Origin: Calditrichales bacterium
GTDB taxonomy: Bacteria > Calditrichota > Calditrichia > Calditrichales > J004
Direction: 5' to 3'
Assembly (NCBI GenBank): GCA_965267575.1
Contig: OZ254086.1
Location: forward strand, 3,968,001 to 4,032,000
Length of the DNA stretch: 64,000 nucleotides
Part shown: positions 10,053-21,361 of the stretch, in pieces
Position numbering within the stretch: the stretch's first letter is position 1
How the letters are laid out: every line of letters starts with the position of its first letter
Program-made: the position numbers and the translations under genes
Notes under the pieces: model-generated
Database searches by the model: none
The model's input: the letters and a program-made list of their open reading frames with translations, nothing else
What the model was told of the DNA's origin: nothing

Positions 10053-10517
10053 TCACTTGCCGGCGCTTTTGCGGAAACGGTCTAGTCCGGCGAAACGCGC
10101 GGGCACAAAAGCCACCCAATAAAGCACGGCCATTATAGCGGCGTTTTCCGCCACTTTCAGCCAGCTCACCTGTTGCACGCCGGCCAGGCTGACGCCGCAG
10201 CCGCAATCGATTTCCAAACCACGCAAAAGCGCGCTGATAACGGCCAGCGTAAAAACGCCCATCAGAGTAAAGGCTGTGACGGCCGTGGAAGAGGTAAACA
10301 GGCCAAGCAGCAAAAACAATCCGCAATAAAACTCCAGCCAGGGTATCATCACGGCGGGGATGTTGCTGAGCAGATCCGGGATGAGCTGGTAGTCACGGAT
10401 GGCTGTGGCGAATTCGGCAGGTTGTATAATTTTGGCCGACGCGGCATATAGAAAGTATGCGCCAAGGGCCACACGCAGCAGAAAAATCAGATAGCGGTTT
10501 TTAAGGATTGTTTTCAT
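10053..10517 (-). CDS. MauE/DoxX-family membrane protein
   Basis: LLRVALGAYFLYAASAKI, IRDYQL, PWLE, RGLEIDCGCG. Start trimmed to MKTILK. Confidence 0.85.
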   Translation of the reverse strand: MKTILKNRYLIFLLRVALGAYFLYAASAKIIQPAEFATAIRDYQLIPDLLSNIPAVMIPWLEFYCGLFLLLGLFTSSTAVTAFTLMGVFTLAVISALLRGLEIDCGCGVSLAGVQQVSWLKVAENAAIMAVLYWVAFVPARFAGLDRFRKSAGK

Positions 10518-10981
10518 CGCTTTGCACTTTCCAGCGGATATCCCGCCTTGCGCCATTCACTGTAGCCGCCGGCAAAGATCGCCACACGGTCATAGCCCGC
10601 TTCGTTGAGCTTTTTGGCAAGAATATTGGCCTGGTTGCAGGTGGCGCTGTAGCAATAGACCACCAGGTTGGTATTCTTATCAAGACTTTTAAGACCCGCT
10701 TCTGAAGAAACATCCTGAGTGCTGTAAACAACATTAACAGAACCGGGTATGTGCGAGCGGTCGTATTGCATCACATTACGCGCATCAACAAAAACAGCTT
10801 CCCCGGCCTGCCAGATCTTTTTGGCTTCGTACAAGCTGAGCACGGTACCGTCTTTGATTAGTTGAGGATGATATAGAAGGTCTACACTGCTTACCGAAAC
10901 CGCGTTGAAGCTGAGGCTGCTTACCACAGTCAGCACCAGTATCAACAAGATATGTTGCCATTTTAAATCTTTGATCTTCAC
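10514..10981 (-). CDS. Membrane-anchored rhodanese-domain protein
   Basis: N-terminal TM, FVDAR, HIPGSVN, active-site loop VVYCYSATC, FAGGYSEW. Confidence 0.9.
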   Translation of the reverse strand: MKIKDLKWQHILLILVLTVVSSLSFNAVSVSSVDLLYHPQLIKDGTVLSLYEAKKIWQAGEAVFVDARNVMQYDRSHIPGSVNVVYSTQDVSSEAGLKSLDKNTNLVVYCYSATCNQANILAKKLNEAGYDRVAIFAGGYSEWRKAGYPLESAKR

Positions 10982-12156
10982 GCAAAAACCTCCTGCAACA
11001 GTTTTTGAATCTTACCAAATGCCTCTTCCAGCTGCTCCATAGACGCGGCGTAGGAAATGCGCGCATGGCCGTCCGTGCCAAAGCCGCTACCGGGTACCGT
11101 TGATACATCTGCTTTTTCCAGAAGCAGGTTGCAAAAATCGAAATCGTTTTCAATGGCACCTTTAAAAAAGGCACTGACGTCGGGGAAAAAATAAAATGCT
11201 CCGTAGGGCTTTTCAAAAGAGATACCGTCTATCTCTGAAAGTTTTTGTTGCACAAAGCGCCGTCTTTCGGCAAATGTATCGCGCATCCGGTTTACAAAAT
11301 TCTGCGAGGCATTTAAGGCCGCCAGAGCGGCATACTGCGAAATGCTGGCCGGATTGGAAGAATTGTGGCTCTGTATCTTTTCAGCTGCGTCGATGAGGGT
11401 TATGGGACCGGCCGCATAGCCGATGCGCCAGCCCGTCATGGCATACGCTTTGGAAACACCCTGGAACAGCACAACGTCCGTCATATCCCGCAAAATGCCC
11501 ATACTGGCAAAATCGACATCATCGTAAAGCAGGGGCGCGTAAATCTCATCGCTTAAAACGACAATACCGCTGCCGGAAAGTACTTCGCCCAGAGCCTGCA
11601 GTTCACTTTTTGTGTAAACCATGCCGGTAGGATTGGCCGGGTTGCTGATCAGTAACGCCTTGGTGCGCGGTGTTATGGCCATGCGCAGTTGTTCCGGCGT
11701 AAGCTTAAAACTGTTTTGCGCGGGACAGTCCACAAAAATAGGCAAACCGCCCGCCAGGCAGATCATTTCAGGATGCGACGGCCAGTACGGGGACGGGATG
11801 ATCACCTCATCGCCTTCATCTATCAGGGCCATGATGACATTGTAAATGGCCTGTTTGGCGCCGTTGCCCACAAGAATCTCCGCCGGATTGTAGCGCAGCT
11901 TATGATCTTCCTCAAGCCGCCGGCACACCGCCTCGCGCAGTTCCAGGATGCCGCGTGTCAGCGTATAGCGTGTCTTGTTTTCGCGAATAGCCTGCCAGGC
12001 CGCTTCCTTAATAAAATCCGGCGTGTCAAAATCCGATTCGCCCACACCCAGGTTTATGATACTGCGGCCTGTTCTTTTAAGCTCTATGGTACGCGCGGCC
12101 ATGGCCATTGTGGCCGATGTGCCCAGACGCTTTACCCTGTGCGAGAGGTATTTCAT
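10978..12156 (-). CDS. aspC: Class I PLP-dependent (aspartate) aminotransferase
   Basis: GESDFDTP, NPANPTG, SDEIY, SKAYAMTGWRIG, GAFYFF, RISYA. Confidence 0.88.
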   Translation of the reverse strand: MKYLSHRVKRLGTSATMAMAARTIELKRTGRSIINLGVGESDFDTPDFIKEAAWQAIRENKTRYTLTRGILELREAVCRRLEEDHKLRYNPAEILVGNGAKQAIYNVIMALIDEGDEVIIPSPYWPSHPEMICLAGGLPIFVDCPAQNSFKLTPEQLRMAITPRTKALLISNPANPTGMVYTKSELQALGEVLSGSGIVVLSDEIYAPLLYDDVDFASMGILRDMTDVVLFQGVSKAYAMTGWRIGYAAGPITLIDAAEKIQSHNSSNPASISQYAALAALNASQNFVNRMRDTFAERRRFVQQKLSEIDGISFEKPYGAFYFFPDVSAFFKGAIENDFDFCNLLLEKADVSTVPGSGFGTDGHARISYAASMEQLEEAFGKIQKLLQEVFA

Positions 12157-12722
12157 AGATAGGTTTTAAAAAAGTTGTTTAGCAGGTGAAAGCCGACTTC
12201 CGTCATGATCGATTCCGGGTGGAACTGCACACCTTCGATCATCAGCGGCTTGTGGCGCAGTCCCATCACCACGCCGTCTTTTGTTTCTGCGCTTATTTCC
12301 AGCTCTTCCGGTACGGTGGCGCGCTGTACGATGAGCGAATGATAGCGCGTTGCGACAAAGGGATTGGGCAGCCCGTTAAAAACCGTTTTATTATCATGAA
12401 AGATTTCTGACGTTTTGCCGTGCATAAGCTGCGGTGCGCGCACAACCCTGCCGCCGAAAGACTCGCCAATGGCCTGATGCCCCAGGCAGACGCCCAAAAT
12501 TGGCACGTTGCCCTTGAGACGATCGATTGCCTGCAGCGTAACACCCGCATTTTTTGGAATGCCCGGCCCCGGCGAGATCACCAGTGCCTCATATTTTTTT
12601 TCGACAATCTGCTCAACGCTGATCTTGTCGTTCCGGATCACCTCGAACGGCAGCTCGAGACGCCCCAGCAACTGCGCGATGTTAAACGTAAAAGAGTCGT
12701 AATTGTCCAGCAGAAGAATCAT
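12153..12722 (-). CDS. trpG: Anthranilate/ADC synthase glutamine amidotransferase subunit
   Basis: MILLLDNYDSFT, SPGPG, GVCLGHQ, RYHSL, QFHPES. Start trimmed to MILLLD. Confidence 0.93.
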   Translation of the reverse strand: MILLLDNYDSFTFNIAQLLGRLELPFEVIRNDKISVEQIVEKKYEALVISPGPGIPKNAGVTLQAIDRLKGNVPILGVCLGHQAIGESFGGRVVRAPQLMHGKTSEIFHDNKTVFNGLPNPFVATRYHSLIVQRATVPEELEISAETKDGVVMGLRHKPLMIEGVQFHPESIMTEVGFHLLNNFFKTYL

Positions 12723-12727
12723 TGCTG

Positions 12728-14235
<1,508 letters not shown>

Positions 14236-14239
<4 letters not shown>

Positions 14240-15543
14240 TCCTGCGGCGTTTCCCCGGGTTTTTGCTCTTCGCTTTCCTTTTTCTCACGCTTTATCACGC
14301 GTACCCGTTCAATGCGCCGGCGGTAAACGCGTTCCACGACAAAATCATAACCGTTCCATGATATCTGGCTCTTGGTTTTTGGAACCGTGCCAAAACGTCC
14401 CAACAGGAACCCGGCCAGCGTTTCGGCGCCTTCTTCGGTGGGCAAATCAAATTCAAGTTCCTGGTTCAGTTCCTCCAGCAGAATGCCGCCGGTTACCAGG
14501 AACACATTATCATCAATGCGCGATATCATCGGCGCTTCACGATCGTATTCATCCTGTATTTCGCCAACGATCTCTTCAATTACATCTTCAAGTGTAACGA
14601 GGCCGGCCGTGCCGCCATATTCATCTACAACAATGGCCATGTGTATACGCTCCGTGCGGAATTCGCGCAGCAACGTGTTGATCGTTTTCTGGTCCGGTAC
14701 AAAATAGGGTGGATTGGCCACGGAGAGCAGGTTAAAATCGCTTGTGTTTCTTTTGCGGATAAGCGGCAGCAGGTCTTTAACGTGTAAAATGCCAACCACG
14801 TTGTCGATAGTATCTTTATAGATCGGAATACGGCTGTGGCGCTTGTCTTTAAGAATGCGCAAAAGCTGCGTCACACTGGTTTTTTCTTCCACGCAGACCA
14901 TATCGATGCGCGGGATCATGATCTCTTTGGCGGTGGTATCGCTCATCTCAAAGATACCGTGGATCATCTCGCGCTCATCCTGTTCAAGGCCCATGTGGCT
15001 GTCGGAAACGTTCACGATCGAGCGCAGCTCATCTTCAGAGAGACTGAATTTGGTTTTGTTCAGCCCAAAAGGCTTTCCGACAATACCGATAATATAATCC
15101 ACTACGACAATCAGCGGATAGGTCACGTAATAAAAAAGGGAAACGGGAATGGCCAGGGCGATAACAACCTGCCTTGAATTGGCCGGAGATATGATCTTAG
15201 CCAGCAGTTCCACCACAAGAATAATGATAAAGGCCGCCAGCAATAACACAGGCAGCAACCAGATATTGCGGATTAACGAATACCAGTCCAGCGCCACATA
15301 AACGGCCATAAACATAAAGGCGGTTTTTAGCAGAACCAGACAGATGTACAGTTTTCTTGGCTGTTGAAATATAAAAGCGGCCTGACGTTCGGCGAGCCTT
15401 TCGCTTCTGCCGAATTCAGCAATCTGCGATTTGTTGATATTAAAAAAAGCAGCTTCCGCGCCTGAAAAAATCGCGGCCACCAATAAAAATATTATGAAAA
15501 AGATCAGGTAACTAAACGATGACGGGTCCAAGAGACTGGACAA
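14236..15543 (-). CDS. HlyC/CorC-family (CNNM-CBS-CBS-CorC) membrane protein
   Basis: FSGAEAAFF TM domain, MIPRIDM, HSRIPIY, HMAIVVDEYGGTAGLVTLEDVIEEIVGEI; TTG start with AGGAGG upstream. Confidence 0.92.
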
Positions 15544-15580
15544 CCTCCTAACTTTGTTCCACTTATGTCAGAGAAAAGAA

Positions 15581-15609
15581 AATTTAGAATATTTGAACAC
15601 TTATTACAA
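15581..15609 (-). promoter_or_regulatory. Sigma70-type promoter TTGTAA-N17-TAAATT
   Basis: In the ybeY-corC spacer, exact 17 bp spacing. Confidence 0.55.
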
Positions 15610-15616
15610 TTAAACT

Positions 15617-16045
15617 TCAAAGGATCTCGCTGTTCATGGCCACAAGCCGGTCTTCTTCTTTTTTCATGCGCTCGTAAGCACTTTTATTCCTATCATCAAA
15701 TCCGGCCAGATGCAGCATGCCGTGAATTACAAGACGAATGACCTCGCTTTCCCAGGAGACGTTAAACTGCGCGGCATGTTCCCGGGCACGGGCCACACTG
15801 ATGTAAATTTCCGCTTCAAAAACATCGTCATCGGAAAGATCGAAAGTAATAACATCCGTGGGAGAGGGATCATCCAGGTAGGTGCCGTGCATTTCCGCCA
15901 GTGATTCATCATCCAGGAAAACAACGCTAAGATCGCCGGAAGTCAGCCGCAGTTCGTCAGCCGTGCGCTGTGCCGCCTGCCGCAATTGATCAAATGTAAG
16001 GGGTAGTTTTGGCCCGCCCTGGGCAAAAAACTGCACGTCGATCAT
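15617..16045 (-). CDS. ybeY: rRNA maturation RNase YbeY
   Basis: PTDVITF, EIYIS, HGMLHLAGFD. Confidence 0.95.
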   Translation of the reverse strand: MIDVQFFAQGGPKLPLTFDQLRQAAQRTADELRLTSGDLSVVFLDDESLAEMHGTYLDDPSPTDVITFDLSDDDVFEAEIYISVARAREHAAQFNVSWESEVIRLVIHGMLHLAGFDDRNKSAYERMKKEEDRLVAMNSEIL

Positions 16046-18327
16046 GTCTGCGTTTCAGCTTCGGCGGTATTTGGCGTTTTGGCCGGTTTGCTTTTTTCCG
16101 CCTGATCGGGATACTCAATACGGTGCTGGAATACACCGTAGAGGATGGGCAGAAAAGCATCCGTAATCTGCTTTAATTCTTTAAAGGTAAGATCGCATTC
16201 ATCCAGTTCGCCGTCGCGGTAGCGTTGATGCACAAGGCCTTCCACAAAAGCACGGATCTTGGAGGGACTCGGGTTCTTCAGCGAGCGCGTGGCAGCTTCG
16301 ACGGAATCCGCCAGCATCACTATGGCCGTTGCCTTGGATTGAGGCTTGGGTCCGGGATAGCGAAAATCCGATTCGTTTACATTGTCTTTATCGCCGGCCA
16401 GGGCCACAGCCTTATTATAGAAAAAATACATCAGGCTGGTGCCGTGGTGTTCAGCAATAAAATCCTGAATACGCTGAGGCATGTTGTATTTTTCCGCCAT
16501 ATCCAGGCCTATCTTAACGTGCGAGGCCAGAATCAACGCACTCATATTTGGCTTAAGCTTGCTGTGCCGGTTATTGGCATCCATCTGGTTTTCAATGAAA
16601 TACTCGGGTTTGTCCATTTTACCAATATCGTGATAATAGGCCCCCACGCGCGCCAGCAAAGAGTTTTCGCCGATTTCCTTTGCGGCCGATTCAGCAAGGT
16701 TACCGACCACCATACTGTGATGAAATGTCCCCGGCGCCCGTATGGAAAGCTTTTTCAAAAGCGGATGGTTCAAATCGGATAATTCAAGCAAACGGACATC
16801 CGTGGTAATATCAAAGCCGCGCTCGAAAATACCAATCAGCATATAGGTAATGAACGGCGCAAAAACAGCGTTGGGGAGAAGATTATAACCGAAAACGCGG
16901 ACCATATTGGCCCAGGTATCAAAACGCATAAAAGTAATGAGACCGATCAGCCAGAGATAGGCTATGCCAATGTACAAAATGGCCTGAAAAATCTGGTTGC
17001 GCGTACGGATTTCGTATACGGCAAAAATACTGACCATACCGCTCACGATCGTCATCAACGCGATGTCGTATCCCCCGCCCTGCACGCCGCCAAGAATCAG
17101 CGCATTGGCCACCGTAACAACAAAGGCGATTCCGGGGTCAATCAAAATGGCCAGCAACATCGAGGTCAGCGTCGTCGGGATCATATAAATCGGCCAGTTA
17201 AGAGGACCGCTGATAATAGAAGCCATGGCCATCTGTACCACAATAACAATCGTTATAAGCAATAACTTTTTATTGCTGTTAAAAATGAGCTTGCGAAAAG
17301 AATAAAGATACAATCCGACGATAAAAAGTACGGCGCTGATCAGCATCAGTTTGCCGATTTGGGCGAAAGGCATCTGCCAGTTTCCTTCGCGGATGCTGCG
17401 TTCGCGACGCGCTTCTTCCAGCGAATACAGCTTCTGATAAATTTCCTCATCGATGCGCTCATTGGCATCCACAATGCGTTCGTTTTCAAAAACCATATCC
17501 TTGGTGCGGCTGACAGAGGCAATGGCGTCCTGCTCTGCCTTTTCCGTGGCCTGAATATCATAAACCAGTGTCGGCTGTACCGCTTGCTCCAGGTAGTTCC
17601 TAACTACCGGCAGCGCGTTGTCATCAATGAATTCGCCGGAACGGCTGAGCGCCTGCTCTACGACCGATGACTTACTTAACAGCGCTTCTCTGTTCATAGA
17701 TTCCTCTATATCGTTCTTGATATAGGCAATTCTCTCACGCTGCAACTGGGCCGGAGCTGTGTCGGACACACCTTCCATTAACTGCGCTTTTATATCTTCA
17801 AAAACGCGGTGCAATTTTTGAACATCCGTAGGATCGGCAAACTCATTATAGAGCGTCAGCAGCGCCGCGCCAGGAAGCTCAACCGAATACTCTTTTTTCA
17901 GAGTTTCACGCAGGGACTCAAAACGGGCAGGCTGAAGCACCGCGCCCTGCGTGTTATTACGTATTTTCTGGAACTCCGAGCGCAGAAAAAGAAAACTTTG
18001 CTCCAGCTTATTGCGTGTTTCCAGGGCAATGTTTTCACGGTAGTCAAAATAATGAGGAACCTTTGAAATGGCTTCTTTGCGATCTTTTTCCAGTTCCTGG
18101 TCTGTTTTAAGGATAAAAAAGGTAAACGGCGCAACAACCTTTTTGGTGGCGATACTGCCCACTTTAAGGTCGGTATAACGCGTCGTGCTTGTGCGAGCCA
18201 GCAATGCTAGTGTAGAAACAAGAATAATAACGAAAAAGGCCGCCTTTGTAATTCTGTTGGCCAGCCTTACGTTATTAGAGTTTTCCAGGATATCTATAAA
18301 GTTATCCCAGAGATTTGAGATCTTCAT
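16042..18327 (-). CDS. 7TM-HD phosphohydrolase, PgpH-like (candidate c-di-AMP phosphodiesterase)
   Basis: N-terminal TM, large extracytoplasmic domain, 7 TM helices, PGTFHHS, YYHDIGK, EHHGT, MLADSVEAA. Confidence 0.9.
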   Translation of the reverse strand: MKISNLWDNFIDILENSNNVRLANRITKAAFFVIILVSTLALLARTSTTRYTDLKVGSIATKKVVAPFTFFILKTDQELEKDRKEAISKVPHYFDYRENIALETRNKLEQSFLFLRSEFQKIRNNTQGAVLQPARFESLRETLKKEYSVELPGAALLTLYNEFADPTDVQKLHRVFEDIKAQLMEGVSDTAPAQLQRERIAYIKNDIEESMNREALLSKSSVVEQALSRSGEFIDDNALPVVRNYLEQAVQPTLVYDIQATEKAEQDAIASVSRTKDMVFENERIVDANERIDEEIYQKLYSLEEARRERSIREGNWQMPFAQIGKLMLISAVLFIVGLYLYSFRKLIFNSNKKLLLITIVIVVQMAMASIISGPLNWPIYMIPTTLTSMLLAILIDPGIAFVVTVANALILGGVQGGGYDIALMTIVSGMVSIFAVYEIRTRNQIFQAILYIGIAYLWLIGLITFMRFDTWANMVRVFGYNLLPNAVFAPFITYMLIGIFERGFDITTDVRLLELSDLNHPLLKKLSIRAPGTFHHSMVVGNLAESAAKEIGENSLLARVGAYYHDIGKMDKPEYFIENQMDANNRHSKLKPNMSALILASHVKIGLDMAEKYNMPQRIQDFIAEHHGTSLMYFFYNKAVALAGDKDNVNESDFRYPGPKPQSKATAIVMLADSVEAATRSLKNPSPSKIRAFVEGLVHQRYRDGELDECDLTFKELKQITDAFLPILYGVFQHRIEYPDQAEKSKPAKTPNTAEAETQT

Positions 18328-18333
18328 AAAGTA

Positions 18334-19482
18334 TTACTTAAGAAATTCTTTTTGCAGTTCACGAAAAATAACCATGCGCTGCACTTCCGATGTGCCTTCG
18401 CCGATTTCCAGAAGTTTGGCATCACGCCAGTATCTTTCCACTTCATATTCCTGAATATAACCATAACCACCCAACAATTGAATAGCTTCTTTGGTTATCT
18501 CCATGCACATCTCGGAAGCATAAAGCTTAGCGTATGACGCTTCTTTTTTATAAGGCTTTCCGTCAGCGCGCAGTTTGGCCGCGTGATAAATCAAATGCTC
18601 TGCTGCCGCAATCTTCATGCCCATATCAGCAATCTTAAATTGTGTGATCTGGAAATCTGCCAGCTTTTTGCCGAACTGCTCACGCTCATGTACATATTTT
18701 ATTGATTTGTCATAAGCAGCTTTGGCGATACCGAGCGCCTGGGCGCCAATTCCTACACGACCACCGTCCAGCGTGTTCAGAAACTGCTTGTAGCCCATGT
18801 TCAATTCACCAAGCAGGTTTTCTTCGGGAATACGGCAATCATGAAAATGAAGCATCGATGTAGGCGAAGCACGCATACCCAGTTTTTTTTCTCTTTTACC
18901 AACCTCGAAGCCTTCTGTGCCGCACTCAAGGATGAAGCTCGAAATACCGGAAGCTCCTTTGTTCTTGTCGGTAACCGCCGTAACTACAAAAATGTCGGCG
19001 TATTCAGCATTGGTGATATAGACTTTTGAGCCATTTAAGACCCAGTGTTTTCCATCTTTCACAGCCGTAGTTTTTGTGCCGCTGGCATCGCTGCCGGCAG
19101 ACGGCTCCGTTAATCCGAAAGCACCCAGCTTTTCGCCTTTGGCTAAGGGCACCAGGTATTTCTGTTTTTGCTCTTCCGTGCCAAACATTTCAATCGGGTA
19201 AGACGCCAGCGAAATGTGCGCCGAGTAAGACAATGCCGTTGCAGCACATACACGTGCCATCTCCTCCTGCGCGATCGTATAGGAAATAGCGTCAAAACCG
19301 GCTCCGCCGTATTCTTCACTGATGGGCAAGCCTAATAAATGAAGCTCGGCCATCTTTTTAAAGTTTTCTTCCGGAAAACGGTGCGTTTCATCTATCTCAA
19401 CCGCTATCGGCGCCATCTCTTTACGTGCAAAATCTCGCACCATCTGGCGCACCATTTTATGTTCCTCGTTAAAAACAATCAT
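18334..19482 (-). CDS. Acyl-CoA dehydrogenase (butyryl-CoA dehydrogenase-like)
   Basis: FGLTEPSAGSD, NGSKVYITN, KLGMRAS, GGRVGIGAQ, REQFG, LGGYGY, IGEGTSEVQR. Confidence 0.93.
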   Translation of the reverse strand: MIVFNEEHKMVRQMVRDFARKEMAPIAVEIDETHRFPEENFKKMAELHLLGLPISEEYGGAGFDAISYTIAQEEMARVCAATALSYSAHISLASYPIEMFGTEEQKQKYLVPLAKGEKLGAFGLTEPSAGSDASGTKTTAVKDGKHWVLNGSKVYITNAEYADIFVVTAVTDKNKGASGISSFILECGTEGFEVGKREKKLGMRASPTSMLHFHDCRIPEENLLGELNMGYKQFLNTLDGGRVGIGAQALGIAKAAYDKSIKYVHEREQFGKKLADFQITQFKIADMGMKIAAAEHLIYHAAKLRADGKPYKKEASYAKLYASEMCMEITKEAIQLLGGYGYIQEYEVERYWRDAKLLEIGEGTSEVQRMVIFRELQKEFLK

Positions 19483-19590
19483 TTATCTTCTCCATAAGCT
19501 TTTAAGCCCCAAACATAAACAGGGCGCGAGAACACTTTTGTGAATTATGTAGCAATATTAACCTTTTAGAAAAGTAAATATTCCAAACGA

Positions 19591-19977
19591 TTACTCTTCC
19601 CTGACATAACCGATCGGAGCGGATTCAATTGATTTTATCCGGTTAGACTCATCGAGGAGAACGGCTTTTGGCAAGTGCTCTTCAAATTCTTCTTTCGTCA
19701 TATTGCAATAGGTAATAATAATCACTTTGTCACCGACCTGTCCAAGGCGCGCCGCCGCACCGTTAAGGCAGATTTCGCCACTGCCGGGCTTGCCCAGAAT
19801 GGCGTAAGTAGTAAAACGCGCGCCATTGTTAATGTTGACCACATCCACCCTTTCAAACGGCAGAATATCCGCGGCCTGCATCAATTCAGGATCGATAGAT
19901 AAGCTGCCCTCATACTCAAGGTTGGCGTCTGTAACGGTCGCCCGGTGCAACTTGGATTTTAAAAAAGATCTTTCCAT
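19591..19977 (-). CDS. panD: Aspartate 1-decarboxylase
   Basis: [18 protein letters not shown] autocleavage site, [16 protein letters not shown]. Confidence 0.97.
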   Translation of the reverse strand: MERSFLKSKLHRATVTDANLEYEGSLSIDPELMQAADILPFERVDVVNINNGARFTTYAILGKPGSGEICLNGAAARLGQVGDKVIIITYCNMTKEEFEEHLPKAVLLDESNRIKSIESAPIGYVREE

Positions 19978-20056
19978 TTTTTCTATGCCCTCTTCCTGTC
20001 CGATGATATTCGAACAGCACTAAAGATACTAAAGAATTTATTCTTTTTCATATAGT

Positions 20057-21361
20057 CTATAACACAACTTCACCAATCAAAGTATTGGGCGTAACTTCGT
20101 TCACCTTAACCTTGACGAAGCTGCCGTCAGACTTCCCGCTATCGGGAAAAACGACAATTTTGTTGCCATCATTCCGGCCCAGTTGCTGGCCGGGTTTCTT
20201 GCCTTTGCCATCGATCAGAACGTCGAATATCTCTCCGATATGCTGCTTATTTTTGCGCAACGAATGTTTCCTCTGTAAGTCAACCAGATGAGTAATGCGC
20301 GCTGTCTTCTCTGCCTCAGGTACGTCATCCGGAAATTTGCGCGAAGCAATGGTTTGCTTTCTTTCCGAGTATTTGAAAATAAAGGCCGAATCAAAGCATA
20401 CTTCATTCATCACTTCCACGGTTTCCCGGAAATCTTCTTTACTCTCGCCGGGAAAGCCAACAATGATATCAGTTGTTAAAACCACACCGGGGATAATTGT
20501 TCGAATTTTCCCGGCCAGGCTCAGGAATTCTTCACGGGTGTACGTGCGATTCATTTTATCCAGGATACGTGTGCTGCCGGCCTGTAGTGGTAGATGCACG
20601 TGTTTGCAGGCTTTTGGGTTCTCCGCCATGACATGCAACAGTTTTTCGGGAAAATCTTTGGGGTGCGGCGAAGTAAAGCGAATACGCTCGATGCCATCAA
20701 CGCCGGCGACCATTTTGATCAGGTCGGCAAAATCATACGCGTCGTATAAATAGGAGTTGACATTTTGCCCGAGCAGCGTCACCTGTTTAAAGCCCTTTTT
20801 GGCCAGTTGCTGCACCTCCTGCACCACATTCAACGGGTCACGGCTGCGTTCGCGGCCGCGCGTGTAGGGAACCACGCAAAAGGTGCAGAAATTATCGCAG
20901 CCCCGCATAACGGCAATCCAGGCATTAATGCCCCCTTCACGGGTGGGAAAAACATCACTATAGGTTTCGAATTCGGAGAGTGTCAGATAGAAATCTTTTT
21001 CCCCGTTTGAGCTGACATTGGCCAGCATCTCCGGCAGCTTTTTGTAGCTGTCCGGACCCGCGACAATATCAACGCCGACTTTTTCATCCAGCAGCTCTTT
21101 GCGCAGGTTTTGGGCCATACAGCCCAGCACACCCATTACCAGGTTTTTGTTTGTGCGCCGCAGCTGCTTTAACGTGCTGATGCGCTGATGCACCTTCTGG
21201 TGGGCATTTTCGCGCACGGAGCAGGTATTCAAGAAAATAACCTGCGCCTCTTCCGGCTGCTCGGCAATGTCGTAACTATTTCTTTTTAGGATGGTTTTGA
21301 CAATCTCGGTGTCGTACTCATTCATCTGACAACCGTATGTCTCTATATAAACCTTTTTCAA
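20057..21361 (-). CDS. miaB: tRNA-i6A37 methylthiotransferase MiaB
   Basis: TYGCQMNEYD, NTCSVRENA, GCDNFCTFCVVPYTRGRERSR, LLGQNVNSY, RFTSPHP, C-terminal TRAM domain. Confidence 0.95.
   Translation of the reverse strand: MKKVYIETYGCQMNEYDTEIVKTILKRNSYDIAEQPEEAQVIFLNTCSVRENAHQKVHQRISTLKQLRRTNKNLVMGVLGCMAQNLRKELLDEKVGVDIVAGPDSYKKLPEMLANVSSNGEKDFYLTLSEFETYSDVFPTREGGINAWIAVMRGCDNFCTFCVVPYTRGRERSRDPLNVVQEVQQLAKKGFKQVTLLGQNVNSYLYDAYDFADLIKMVAGVDGIERIRFTSPHPKDFPEKLLHVMAENPKACKHVHLPLQAGSTRILDKMNRTYTREEFLSLAGKIRTIIPGVVLTTDIIVGFPGESKEDFRETVEVMNEVCFDSAFIFKYSERKQTIASRKFPDDVPEAEKTARITHLVDLQRKHSLRKNKQHIGEIFDVLIDGKGKKPGQQLGRNDGNKIVVFPDSGKSDGSFVKVKVNEVTPNTLIGEVVL

Noticed and set aside
10053..10517. Methylamine utilisation pathway
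   Set aside because: No mauA, mauB or mauD nearby; the MauE/DoxX family is broadly distributed.
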